Below are positions 25,796 to 38,597 of a DNA stretch of 64,000 bases, one piece after another; position 1 is the stretch's first letter; every line of letters begins with the position of its first letter. The notes under the pieces were generated by a model. The model was not told the DNA's origin. It saw nothing but the letters and a program-made list of their open reading frames with translations, and ran no database searches. Source of the stretch: Hypanus sabinus (lineage: Eukaryota). The DNA lies in the NCBI RefSeq assembly GCF_030144855.1, contig NC_082721.1:32550001-32614000 (forward strand), given 5' to 3'. The translations under genes and the position numbers were made by a program.

Positions 25796-28700
25796 AACAT
25801 TGTTATGGATATTGTCACAGCTTCTGATTTCATACAGATATGGCCGGATTAGCTACAAGCTCAACAAGGTGTCAGTAGCAAGAAGCACATTGAAGTTAAG
25901 AATGTATTCTGGAAAGACTGAAAATAGTAGGACAAATGAAATTTATAGTCCTCCATAGTGGTTAAAAGGCAAAATTATCAATTATATTTGCTGATTATGG
26001 GAACAGACCACTTTTCCAAGGTTGAGAAACTATTGAAAAATTATATTTGATATGAATACTTTACAATTATGTTTAAAGAGGCTTATGGAAGATTTTGAGG
26101 ATATATTTGAGGAATCATACATAGACCATACAGGGCAGTAAACTCACATGCATTAAGCCAAATGCCAAGCTGATCTATTGTAAACCTAGGCCAGCACGGT
26201 ATACACTAAAACTCAGGTAAAAGAAAGGCTAAATAAGCTGGAACAACAGAAGATATTAGTGGAAGTGTGATGGAAAGATTGGGCAGGTGTACAACAAGCA
26301 GTATCTTTAGCACACACCTCAAGATTTGTATACTGAAATGACAGGAGCTGAGGTCTTTCCTATGGTACAGCTTTGTTGTACCTATACCCAACTTAATGTA
26401 GACAAGGGAATCTAATACTACTTTACAATCAATACCCACAAGAGATTTTATTGTAAACCAAACCACCATATGTGATAAAGTAATCCTTATAAATATTCTA
26501 GGTGACAATGAACAAGTCACTGCAGAGGGCCAGAATTATTTACCAATCGGGTTGACACTCGAATTGAAACAATAAAGGAAGAGCAAAACATTTGGATATT
26601 TGAAGAAGTGTTTAAACTATTTTCATCATCATAATGTCAAGCCTAACAAAGATCATTTTGCCTCTGGGCAGAAAGAAGCAATATATTTAAGTCAGCAAAT
26701 AGATGAGAAGTTGCTATTGTCAGTTCAAAAGAAAATCACCTCTGCATTGATGGAAAGTAATTATGAAAATGTTAGCAAGTAATCAATAGTACAGAGGCCT
26801 CTCTATTTCTTATGAATGCACTTCACATTCACAAAAATTATACCTACAGTTATTTTGCATTAGCCACATTTTACATGCAAACTTACCATTAAACAAAAGA
26901 AGACATGGCTTCTAACAGATGGAAGAAATATCAAGAAGTAGGAAAAACTATAATTATGTATAATGTTGCTACATTACCATATGCAATCATAGAATGCTAG
27001 GATTTTTGCAGATTATTTTATGGGATTCTTTAAATAAAGTTTGTGCTAAATGTTAATTATTTCACATTTGATTTATCATTTGTACAAAAAACATCCACAC
27101 ACTATCCTTATGTATAGTTGAGGGTTGTGCAATTCTGGAAAGACAGCTGTGAATGATGTTTTATTTATTAGATCCATCAGGAGAAAAAGCAAAAGTCTTG
27201 ATATAATAATTTAATATGACATAATTAATTGCTGAAATATTTCTGATATGCTAACCTACAAATGAGAGTTGATAGTCAGAAGTTAACAAAACTGTAAAAG
27301 TTCATGAAATCCAGGAAAAATAAGTTGAGCTTCATAACACAAACTTAGTGAGCTGAAAGGCTTCTTTCAATGTTGTATGACCATTATTATTTTATCATAT
27401 TAGATTTATGAATATTCTATGTTGTATTTAGTCTTACAGTCAGTAATTATTATCAATTCATTGAATAAAAAGACAAGCTAAAGGTTTAAAAGTTCAAGGC
27501 AAATTCTGAAATTCATCTGTGATTACTTCTGAGAATATTGATGGTGTTCTGTTCCTTTTTATAAATTTTATGCTATAGATCAGATACTTAGTAGATTAAA
27601 TAAATTAAATAAATCCATTCTCAAAGCCAAAACAAAGTCTATGCCAAAAATGTGTGCCCTAAGTATTGTATCCAAATATTGTTGTGCATTGTATCCAACA
27701 ATAACAGGAGACCTGTGCAGGAAAGTTTTTAAAGTGGAAAAGCCATTGCATTGAGGCAATTCCACTCTTGCCCTCGGAGGTCTGGGGCCAGTGGTACAAG
27801 TAGTTATCTCAAACTGGGGTTTTCCTTGTTCCAATCACTGACCATGACTTCTGTATCTTGTCGTGCCCTCCACTCTCCACGAAGCTTCATGGATCTACCT
27901 TCTTAGCCATTGGATCTCACTGTTGATCTTATCCACCCAGTCTACTGGTGCTGACTTCACATGCTAGGACAGGCGTGTCCCTATCTCACTGGGGTACATG
28001 CCCTCACCTGCTTTATCCTGCCTGTTGAAGCATTGTACCGGATTGTGGGTGCTGTTACATACAAACTGCTACTTGGAGCCATAGATGAGAGCTGAGTTTC
28101 TGGTGGGGCCCAAAGGTGAGTGAACCGCTCCAGAGTAGACATGAGGTGCTATCCCTCCCAACACACCCCATACACCCCTCCATACATCTAATTAAGAATT
28201 ATTTTGATGAGGATGTTAAGAAATGGAAGATGAAATAGGTTAGACCACTGAAATTTCAACCCATTTAGGTGAAAGGTTTGTCTAACATAATTGTAATCTT
28301 TAAAGTTGAGTAAGTTTGGACTATTAATTAAGTCAATATTTAGAACTTTCAATAAAGATACAAAAGGGGGTGTAAGAAAAAGGAAACCAATAATGCTGAA
28401 GAGGGAGTAGATTAATACTAAATGTGTTGTTTGTTTATTTATTTATTTGAGATACAGCATGTAATAGGCCCTTCTGGCCCTTTGAGCCATTTATATATAT
28501 GCAAGAAATTCTGCAGATGGAGGAAATCCACAGCAACATACTCAAAATGCAGGAGGACACCAAAGAAGGGTCTTGACCTGAAAGATCAACTGTTTCCATG
28601 GATGCTGCCTGACCTGACCTACTGAGTTCCTCCAGCATTTTGTGTATGTTGTTTTGAATTTATGTATTACTGGATGGCAAAACATTTGGTATCTGTTTCA

Positions 28701-30039
28701 TACAATATGCCACTGTATATGGTTGAAGACAACATTAGTGATAACTTTAGATTAGGGAGACATGATAGTTAATGAGGCATTGGAGAAACAGGCCATAAAA
28801 GGATGATCAAACATCACCATTAAACCATACCTTCACATGCTTCTTGTAAGCTATAAAACAATGACACACTCCAGACAGAGCCTGGTAAATTCCTGCAGAA
28901 TGCTGACACAGTGAAGATTCAGGATGTGGCTGAGTCTTGTTCAGTCCAATTTGAAAAGAAAGCTGAAAGAAATGCAGATCAATCAAAGTAACTATTACAG
29001 TGATGCAATTTACATGATGGAATTATATGACAACTCTCCAGCTACCAAAAATAAAAAGATGGCTTATTGAAAAAGATGTAGTCATAGGTTGTTCTAAGAA
29101 TTATCTTGCAAGGATTAGCAAGCGTTCAGAAAAGTTCACGAGGATCATTTGTTCCTCACTGACAATTCAGAGGTGAAGAGCAAGACCATGAGATCAAAGA
29201 TGTACATGATGTAAATCCCACAATTGTTCAAGAGTCAACATGTAATATTCTCAACAAATAAGACAATATTCTTTCATCTAGACATAGAACATCCTGATAA
29301 AGTACCTGATGAAACTAAGATCAATACAAATAATACCACCTCTACTGCAAAGATCACAGAGAGTGTGAACATCTGTACTTTGCAAATTTGTAAAATTCAT
29401 TATTAAGTTAAATCAGTTTAATGTTTTACTAGGAGTGAAAGCAGTGCAATATTTGTAAATACGTCATAGCATTTTGATGTATTATGGGCATGCTGAGTAC
29501 ATAGACAATCTGTGAAGAATCCTTAAATGTAATGCATACACTTTATTTGAGCTTCTTGTTTCATGTATATCTATTTCTACTCTCTTTAATGGACTTCATT
29601 AAAGGTTAAAGGCTCCCAATCACCAATTGTTTTCCCATCACCAATATTAGGTGGACTGCATTGTACTTGCCTCTTTGATCTTGAGTAGTGTAATATCTGC
29701 AATCCTCCTAACTCTTGGTACCTGTATATCTAAGAATACTGACAAATTGTGACCAGTTCTTTACTTGGCTCATTTACTCAAGAAGCACCTCATTTGAAGA
29801 GATAGGTACAGAATAATTTTAAAAAGAGATTGACAAAATTATATATATTATAAAATATCTTTTATGATAAAATAGAAGACTGGTTGACTTATTAGATCTA
29901 TGTTAGCTTAAAGCAATGCAAACTTTTCAATCTTAGACTCCTCTATTTCCCTGCAGCCTTACAAATGATGTGAATAGCAATTGATTTCCTGTGATCTTTT
30001 TCCCACTTTGATAGTAAGACATAGGTTACAGTTACTGGT

Positions 30040-30620
30040 TAATCTATCAACATGTGGAGGGAAACTGGAATATAGGCAGAAACACACACAAGCGCAACAG
30101 GAACATGCAAACTATACACTAACTTCTCCCGCTTAAGGTCAGAACTGAACTGAGATCCTTGGAGTTCTTCTTTTGACTTATAGTGGCAGTTGGCAGTCCA
30201 CCTTAGAGGCACATTACTGCCACCAACTGGACTGGAGTGTGGTGTAGAGAATGAGGAAAAACCCTTACTACTTTTCAAATGAAAGCAAAGTTATCCTAAA
30301 AAGCCCTACAGATGGTAAGTAGTGAAAGACAATACTGTGAATTAAATTAAAGTCACCCCCATAACTTAACAAAGTTTTCTAAATGAAAACTATCAACCCC
30401 AAAGATTGTAATGAAGCCTGCATTTGATTTCTTGCAACCTTATATGCTTCAAACTGTAATAATATATGTTGAACTGTTTCATAATGATGACAAAACCTTC
30501 ACAACCCAGAATGATGCCTTCCAACAAGATATATGGAATAATTAAGCATAGTATGCCCAATTCTAAGTCAATCCCTGGAGTTCTGAGGTGGCAGCACTAT
30601 TCAGTGCAGTGCTGCTGTAC
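30040..30620 (-). mobile_element. V-domain SINE split by a LINE insertion
   Basis: V-domain reverse complement at 30045-30165; tRNA-head remainder resumes at ~30571. Confidence 0.65.
30169..30570 (-). mobile_element. Nimb/I-group LINE 3' fragment with 14-bp TSD
   Basis: Minus translation LRIGHTMLN..HYETVQHILLQFEAYKVAR (C-terminal CCHC-type region); 3' UTR ccagtccagttggtggcagtaatg..aaagaagaa; TSD atccYtggagttct at 30155-30168 and 30571-30584. Confidence 0.72.
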
Positions 30621-31179
30621 AGCCACGTTTTAGCAGGAAGCCACATTTAGGAGAATGTGCAATCTACAATAAAATGCACAGTGAAGCTGCAAACAATCTA
30701 GAAAAGCCTGAGGTGTTTCAGGGGAAGACTCAGGAATTAGTGATCACAATATGGAACTTGGATGGGATGAAGGCTTTGACTTTGTTCTTCCAGTACACAG
30801 GCAGTGGACGTTTTGATTCATTGAAGGCCGATAGTAGTGAGTCGGTCAGAAAACTAAGGTGTTCTTGGGGTTTGATGATGGTGGGGAGAACTTATCAGTT
30901 TAGGGAGCCTGACGCCAGGATATTGTTAAAGATTATGAAGATCCTAGGGATTTGTCTGGCTCTTCGTTCATCGAGATGGGGAGCATAAGTCAATATTCGA
31001 CATTGACTATAATATCATCGGTAAGAGTAGAAATAACTACTCAAGAGTTGATCCATTTACCCTTTCATGATGATTTGTGAACATTCTGGGTACACTCTCT
31101 AGGGCTAGAAATGCCGAGGCAATGCCAATATGTTCCCATGATTTGTGGTACTGCATAGTAAGTGGGTAGGGAACAGTAC

Positions 31180-31720
31180 AGCTTTAAACGTGGCGCTAGC
31201 TCCTCCTGCTTGATCTCGGAAGGTCTCGGCTTCCTTCCTAATAAAGGATCTTGGTAATTTCTTCACCCATTGCGCAGAGCCGAGTGAGCGAGCGGGGATC
31301 GTGCGATGGGGAGCCGAGAGGATGAATATGACTATTTATTCAAAGGTGAGGTATTAATATCTGTGCATTCTCTCTTAAACCCATTCATAATTCCTTTTGA
31401 CCTGGAGTGCGGAAACGACTATAGTTCACACCGTCTTCGGATGCTTTCCCATCAACACTGAACGTTTATGTTCTAGTTGAGCGGCGAGTGTAAATTATAA
31501 GAACGAATTAGCTGCCTCTGCTTCGCTACCGATTTTGCAAAAATCTTAAGAGACTTATAAAAATAAATTTATTCATCAATGTATGTGTATTTCCGCTACA
31601 TATTCAGGCGTCTGTCTTTATATTAGCACGGTGATTCAGCCGATGATAGTGGCGTGGGTGGGGTCTGGTGTGGTTCCCTGCCTTGGCGGTTTAATCGAGG
31701 GTTCCGCTAATTTATTTTGA
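31180..31720. promoter_or_regulatory. CpG-enriched promoter/first-exon region of RAB11B
   Basis: Local CpG enrichment around the ATG at 31306. Confidence 0.7.
31306..31345 (+). CDS. RAB11B: Rab11b exon 1 (MGSREDEYDYLFK)
   Basis: 40 nt, donor G|GTGAG; canonical Rab11 N-terminus. Confidence 0.95.
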
Positions 31721-33039
31721 AATAATTCCAATAGAGTTGCCATCTTCTTTGCTTTAATATACAAGTTTCTATACACATGTTAATTAGGTCTACATTTTTA
31801 ACGTTTCAGTACATAAATGGTGAGGGGAGACCTTGGACTATTGTTGGGTTTGGTCTGCTTTCTTGAAGCGGTTTTGATTGAAATGCTGCCTATTGCAAAT
31901 CATCAAGGGTCTTTATTCCGTATGCAGCAAGTGTGCATGTTAACAAAGTGAATTCATCTCCCTGCCATCGCTTGAAATCTGATGTAGCTGCTTGACTTGC
32001 TGAGTTCCTCCAGCATTTTGTATGCGCAGGGCTGTATTGTCTTCTTGGTGTCATTTTTATTGCTAGACCAAGTTCTAATTGAAAAGATCAAGACCCTGTA
32101 TTTTTGTTTTTAGTTCCAGACCCAAGACCACAATCTCTCATCTTCCCAGTTCTTTATCCCTGCTTGTGAAGTGGACCTTAATGAGCCACCCTGATTAATA
32201 ATCCAAGCATAAGTAAATTGAATTGTAACGTTAATTTTCAAATAGACTGAGGTCTGTGATGTAAATTGTCATATCTGGCTTTAATACACATCCCCAGAGC
32301 TCTAGCTTGTGGTTTTAAATAAAAGATCAACAGCCAGAATCTCCACAGATTCACCCTAGCCTGCTGAATCTTTACAGTATTTCCTGGTTTTATTTACCCT
32401 GCAGTGAAATTAATGGAGCATTGTATGGATGAAATGTGGGCTTAACTGACTTTGGAGCAGAGTGGAATCACTCTCATACAAAACATTCAAGGCTTTGGAT
32501 CTGACTTTGAAGATTAGTCTCTGTCTGCTTCTCTGTGAAATTAGTACAGGAGTGTATGCCCTGCTCCATGTTTTGATACTTTTTTGTTAACTTGATCTCA
32601 CAGGAAAAAGAAACCAAGTATAATATAAAACAATATGCCAATTCACTATTTGCAGTCTTATCTGCCAGGTGATAAAAGTTAAAAATTATCTCCTCTCCCC
32701 AAGTATTATTTTTTTAAATTATCCTGATCTGCTGGTGTGGCTACTCAGTAATTCACCTCTTGGAACATTTTGACTATAGCAATGTAAGTTGTCCCATCAT
32801 AACTGGAAATTATATATTAAAATATAGAAAATACAAGGTAACTTTTTTTATACTAACAGGTATGTTTTGACATTTAATCAGCAAATTTTACAGGAATTTT
32901 GGTCGTGGAGAAGTAAGAGTTAATTAAAATCAGTGCCTCAGTAAAATTAGGGATCTCTGAGAAACAGCATGAGTTTATATGAGATATTTCTACTGCAAAT
33001 ACTCAGGAAGAAATGTAAGAACTGCGACAAAAATGAGTT

Positions 33040-33750
33040 TTTTTTATTGTGCCCAAATTTGCTTAATGTTACTAAGTTAGTGCTGGGAAAACATGTTATG
33101 AGGAGGAGGTAAAAAATTTATAATGGGATATAGTTTGGTTAACTGATAGACAAAAATTGGCATTTAGTTGTTTTAATAGTGAGGGCTGTTGGAATGCTGC
33201 TGAACAGAGGGAACTGGATTTCCTCAAATATCAGTGGGAGGAATATTTTTTACAGCTTAGGACTCCTTTATTTAAGAAGGGATACACTGTTTTGGCAATT
33301 CCTGGGATGAAGTTTCTGTCTTATGAGGAAAAAGTTGAGCAGTTTTGGTCTATAAGAAAGTGTTTTTTTTAATCAATCTTATTGAAATATTTAAGACTCT
33401 GGCATAACAAGATAGATGTTGAGAGAACATTTCTCTTGAGGTAAATATTTCCCCTGATGGGCAAGTCTCTAATAGGTTGCCCATTTAAGACAGACAGACA
33501 AGGAAGAAATTCTTGTGGAGATCTTTACCTTTGAAATTCTCAAATCTACAGAACTCTGAAAGATAAAGAATGGAAATATTCAAGACCAAGTTGGATAGAT
33601 ATTTGATGCACAGAGAAGGCCAAGTACAATGAGAAATAAACATGAGAGTGAAGTTGAAGCCAGGATTAGCAGTTCAAATCTAATGGATGAGTGGCCCAAG
33701 CCCAATGGGACATATGTCTGACTTATGCTCTTTACTTCTTATGTTCCTAT
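33040..33750 (+). mobile_element. Highly decayed CR1 3' fragment
   Basis: Residual CR1 ORF2 C-terminus and 3' UTR ending acttcttatgttcctat. Confidence 0.55.
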
Positions 33751-34591
33751 AATAGGAAGTTGTGAAAGCAGAAAGTTCAGACAGATGTAAGATTACTGCA
33801 TGGGTTAATATGCAGCTAACAGAATTAGGAGAGAGTCACAAACAGAGTCACAAAATGTTTAATTAACTTTTTTTGTTTAATAATATATTGACACTTTCTT
33901 TGCATTTCCTGCTGCTACTTCCCTATGTCTACAGAAAGTTCTATAATTCTAAGGTTCTTTTGTAGGATTTTATTTCACTGAAGTCAGCGAATTGTAGCAT
34001 AGAAGCAGGCCATTCAGGTCATCAAGTCTGTACCAGATAAATCTGTGATTTAATGCAAGAGCATTCCAGTTAGTCCTATCCCCACTCCCCTCTCCCCATC
34101 AGTCTTGCAAAGTCTTTCCTTTCAGATACTATAAAGCTCCGTTCTGAAAGCTATAATTGAACTTGACTCCTCTACAACCCCTGACATTGCATTGCACTTT
34201 ATTTTGGTTATTTTGTCGTGAATCACCTTTACCCTTTGTCACCTGATTGTTTACCCTTTTACCAGTGATAGTAGTTCATCTATCTACCAGTATAATACTA
34301 TCTGTATAATACTGTATAAATCTGTCAACACAAGTGATTTTAGCATCTTTTGATAGCTGAATCAACATTTTATAGATAATCATCATGCTCTTGTACCTTA
34401 TTTTAAATAAAGCCTAGTACCCCATTTATGTTTTTATCTACCTAATCACTTGTAATGAAATTTGTACATGTACCTCCAGATCTCTAATATTTTACATATT
34501 TTAGAATTGTGCCCTTTAGTGTATATTACTTTATCCTTGTTTCCAAAATATAATCACTTTTATCAGCATTACATTTAATCTGTAAACTAAC

Positions 34592-37500
34592 ATCTCTACA
34601 TGTCTATCCGCTGACACGAGTACATCATTGAGAAGCAACAGGAAGCCAATGACCATCTTCTCACCACTCTCAAAACAACTCTCCATCCCATCGCAGTAAC
34701 CCTGCACCAGTCAACCTGCTCCCTTGGAGCCCCAGCATTCTGGTGCCCAAAGGCTTTGACAGATTCCTAGACCAATGTTGCAATGTTCTGTCCCAGTGCA
34801 TCTTGCACTTCGAGCTCAATCATCTCTGTATTCTATAACCAAGCCAACATTACTTGTATTATTTTTCTCAACAGTGTTCTCTGACTAGGGCCACAGCTAA
34901 CTGGGACAGTAAAACCACCACTTACTATAAATCTGAGGAATTCATCACTGAAATGTGTTGGGTTTTCAACCATCCAGGAAATGGAGGGGAAGCATGATAT
35001 CAGATACTTCACCTGCATCAAGGCTCATGGTCAGTGCTGGATTACACCATAGAATTTAGGACTCTTGTAGCAGAGAATGCTGAAGTGCTGCTAGCCCATT
35101 ACCATCACGTCCTTACAAAGTGCTTGAAAGATGAGCTGTCTGCTTAGGAGATGCCCACCGATGTCAAAAACCTCATCACTCTGGCCCTCCATATTGACAA
35201 CTGTCTTATGGAATGTCCCTCCAGATCACCAGCCAGAACTCCAGTTCTGATCCCTGAACCATTTCAGGCTGCAGGATTCTGATCAGCAATGCTTCCAGAA
35301 CCCATGCAGTTTGGGAGAGCTCCCTTAGCCACACCACCCCACCCCACTCCACCCACTTCCACCAACAGCGTGAGAACTGATGGAGAAACAACTTGTGCGA
35401 TTACTGTGGAGCAGCCAATCACCCACACACATAACGCCCATTGCATCTGGGAAACAGCACCACCAAGTAGAGACAAGGGGCCTTCTGTCTGTTAAGTTCC
35501 CACTGGCCTCTCACTCTCTCCGTCCTCTCCACACCCTGATGGCTCTATACACACGGGACATTCTGGTGGATCCTAGCTCAGCAGACAATTTTCTAGACTG
35601 GACTTCGTGTGTGCAGCTTGGACTCTCTACTGAGCCTATCTCTCACTCCTTCTGCATCATGGCAATTGACAGATGTCCCTTGGGGTCTATAATGATCAAA
35701 GAACATGCACGTGGCCTATGCACATGAGCATTGGAGAGCACCGCAAGTCTATTCAATTCCTCCTTAGTGACTCACCCAACACTCCTCTCATCTTAGGTTA
35801 CCCCTGGCTCTCCACTCAAAACCCTCACTTCACTTGGTTACCTGGTTCACTGCTGAGCTGGGGATCTACCTGCCTACCACCTTAGTTGACTTCACCTTGC
35901 AAATCTGTGGAGACAGAGGAAACCCTTGACCTTACCATACACCCACAGGGATGCTACCACTATGCATGGCCTTCAGTAAAGGGGAAGCCAGCACTCTGCT
36001 GCCTCATAGACCATACAGCTGTGCACTGACCTCCTTTTGGGCACCATCCCTTCCTGATGTTGTCTGTTTTCCCTTTCCTCTGAGCCCCAAACAATGAATG
36101 ACTACATCACTGAAGCATTACAGCATAGCTTCATTTGACCCAGTCTGCAGCTGGTGTAAGATTCTTCTTTGTCACAAAGTAAGATGGGAGTCTCTGTCAT
36201 TGCATTGACTACTTGATGGATAGCACATTTGAAACATTCCATGGGGCCCAGATCTTTACAAGGCTGGATCTAAGGAGCACTTGTAACTTAATCTGAATCT
36301 GCCATTGGGATGAGTGGAAGACAGTGTTCATAGCATCCACTGATCACTATGAGTACTTGGTGATGCTTTTTGCACTTTCCAACAGTTCAGCCATTTTCCA
36401 AGCCTTCATTAATGAGATCCTCTGAGAATACCACACAGGTATCCACCTTCTCCAAGAACCTCAAGACCACGTCTGTCATGTCTATTCAGTCCTTCAGCAT
36501 CTTCTCAAAAATCAGCTGTACTGCAAGTTAGAGAAATGTCAGTTCCATACCCCTGTCATTTCCTTTGGGGTTTCATCCTGTTACCCCAAGACATAACCAT
36601 GGACCCAGAGAAAGTATGTGCTATTGTTGACAGGCTCCAACCACACTCCCTCAAACAACTCCAGTGCTTCTTGGGTTTTTCCAAGAAAACCAGCATTTTA
36701 TCAGGAACTGCAGCCAAATCACTGCTCCTCTCACCTCCCTCACTAAATCACCTACCTTATGGATAACCTGGTCTGTTGCTGCAGACACTCTTTCAAGTGG
36801 TAGAGGAGATTGCATCTGACATGGATGCCAGGGCCATCTACTCCCAGCAAGGACTGGACAGGAAGACACACCTTTGTGCCTTCTCAAACAAGTTCAACTC
36901 TGTACAGCACCATTATGGAACAGGAGACAGAGCTACTTGCCATTAAATGGGCCTTGGAGGAATGGAGATACAGCTGATGGGAAATACTGAGTGCTTCCTG
37001 ATCTGGACTGACCACCAGAACCTCGTATCCATACCAAAGACCCACCAATCACACCCATGCCAGGCTTGGTGGGCCATCTTCTTTGAGCAATTCAACATCA
37101 CCATCTCCTACTGACCTGGCTCCAAGAACACTAAGGCGGACACCCTGTCTTGACAGTTCAACTCAGCTGAAACAGAGATTGACCCTCAGCCCATCATTCC
37201 ATCCTCACAGATCCTTGCTCCAATCATCTGGGGTATTGAGAACCAAATCTGTCAGGCCCTGCAGCACTAACCTGCTCCAGCTGACACACCTGATAACTGC
37301 ATGTACTTGCCAGTGGCCATGGACTCTGGGGCACTCTAGTGGGCCCACTCCTCACCCCTTTCCAGTCATCTAGGCACATGATGGCCTGTGGATTTTCAGC
37401 TTTCCAGTTCTAGAGGCCCAACCTCATTGCAGGTGTACATCAGTTTGTCACTGCCTGCCTTCAATGTGCCCAGCCCAATTCCTCCAAACTGCAGCTCCTA

Positions 37501-38597
37501 CCAGTCCCCCACTGCCCGTGGTCCCACATCATCCTGGATTTCATCATGGATGATACTTTGCTGCCTCCAATTCTTCAACATGGAAGAAGTAATCTGTTCT
37601 GGGTCAATCTGTCTCATAGTCTACACACTTCTCTGTCACAAGTATGTCACCCTTTGAAGTGCTTCATGGCTACCAACTCCCATTGTTCCTCACGAAGGAG
37701 CCAATGGTGGAGATTCTGTCCACCATTGCTGGAATGCTTGGAAGAGGGTGCAGAGAGTCATCCTAGTTGCCAACCATGTCTATTGCCACCAGGCCAACTG
37801 CCAGTGGCACCCAACCGGATTACTCTGGCCTGGGATTGCGTATGGTTGTCTGCCCGAGATCTTTCCCTGTGCACTGATTCCCATAAGCCCTTGACTGGTT
37901 CATTGGTCCCTTCAAAATTATCCATCACATCAATCCAGTCACTTGCACCATCCAGCTGCCACCATCCCTCAGGATTTTACCTCCCTTCCACGTGTCCTGC
38001 CTTAAGCTCGTTGTTCATGGTGGACCCCTCAGTGCACCTGAGCCTGCACCTCTGGAACCTAGAATGGTGGAAGGTGATCCCATGTGCTCAATTTACCAGT
38101 CGATGGATTCACATCATCGTGGATGGGGTATACAGTATCTGGTCAACTGGGAAAGGTACGGCCCAGAGGAGAGGTCTTGAGAGCTGTCCAGTTTCATCTT
38201 GGATCTATCATTCATCGAAGAGTTCCACCGGATCCATCTGGATAGTCCTGGTCTGTCAGGTGCTAGGTGTTTGTGGGTTGGGGAGGGTCCTGTCAGGCCT
38301 GCACAGGCTGGCACCTCCCAGGAGTCAACTGCTTCTCATTTCCAACTCATCACCTGCACCCTATTTAAACTTATCTCTTATCCACAATTCTTTTTCACCC
38401 ATTGAACTAGCCAGCCTCAACCAGTTGCTCCTAGCCTTCAGTTACCTTCTTGCCTGTGGGTTTAGTATCTATTCTCTCTCGTTTTGTGGCCCCTCGTGGC
38501 TTGTTATTTTTGAAATCTATTATTAAAGTTATCATTCATTACTGAATCATCTCCACTGTACTGCTTTTAGGTCAAAGCTCCTCTACATCTCCTGATA
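34592..38597 (+). mobile_element. Chromodomain-bearing Ty3/Gypsy (sushi-like chromovirus), decayed
   Basis: Gag PEPMQFG; protease LVDPSSADNFLD; RT/RNase H remnants; chromodomain IQYLVNWERYGPEERS; PPT ggggaggg then 3' LTR tgtcagg..tgata. Confidence 0.88.
38291..38597 (+). repeat. 3' LTR of the chromovirus
   Basis: Starts TGTCA right after the PPT; contains ATTAAA; ends ctctacatctcctgata, echoed by ctctacatgtctatccgctgaca at ~34594-34616. Confidence 0.75.

Larger units (their letters stand above)
21265..29620 (+). mobile_element. Ancient Ty3/Gypsy LTR retrotransposon with nested insertions
   Basis: Residual LTR pair (aatc[a/t]gtgaagaatcct at 21307 and 29507); PBS-like TGGTA at 21395; purine tract 29431-29444; decayed pol remnants (KPNAKLIYCKPRP, TINTHK at ~26150-26470; integrase-like SYKTMTHS..SPAE-type region ~28840-28910). 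Confidence 0.65.

Noticed and set aside
27820-28180. GC-richer block resembling a LINE 5' UTR
   Set aside because: Probably a repeat, but the family and orientation could not be supported.
37546-38526. 326-aa ORF as a novel or domesticated gene
   Set aside because: Mostly off-frame read-through of decayed integrase/LTR; the real chromodomain is in another frame (37992-38180).
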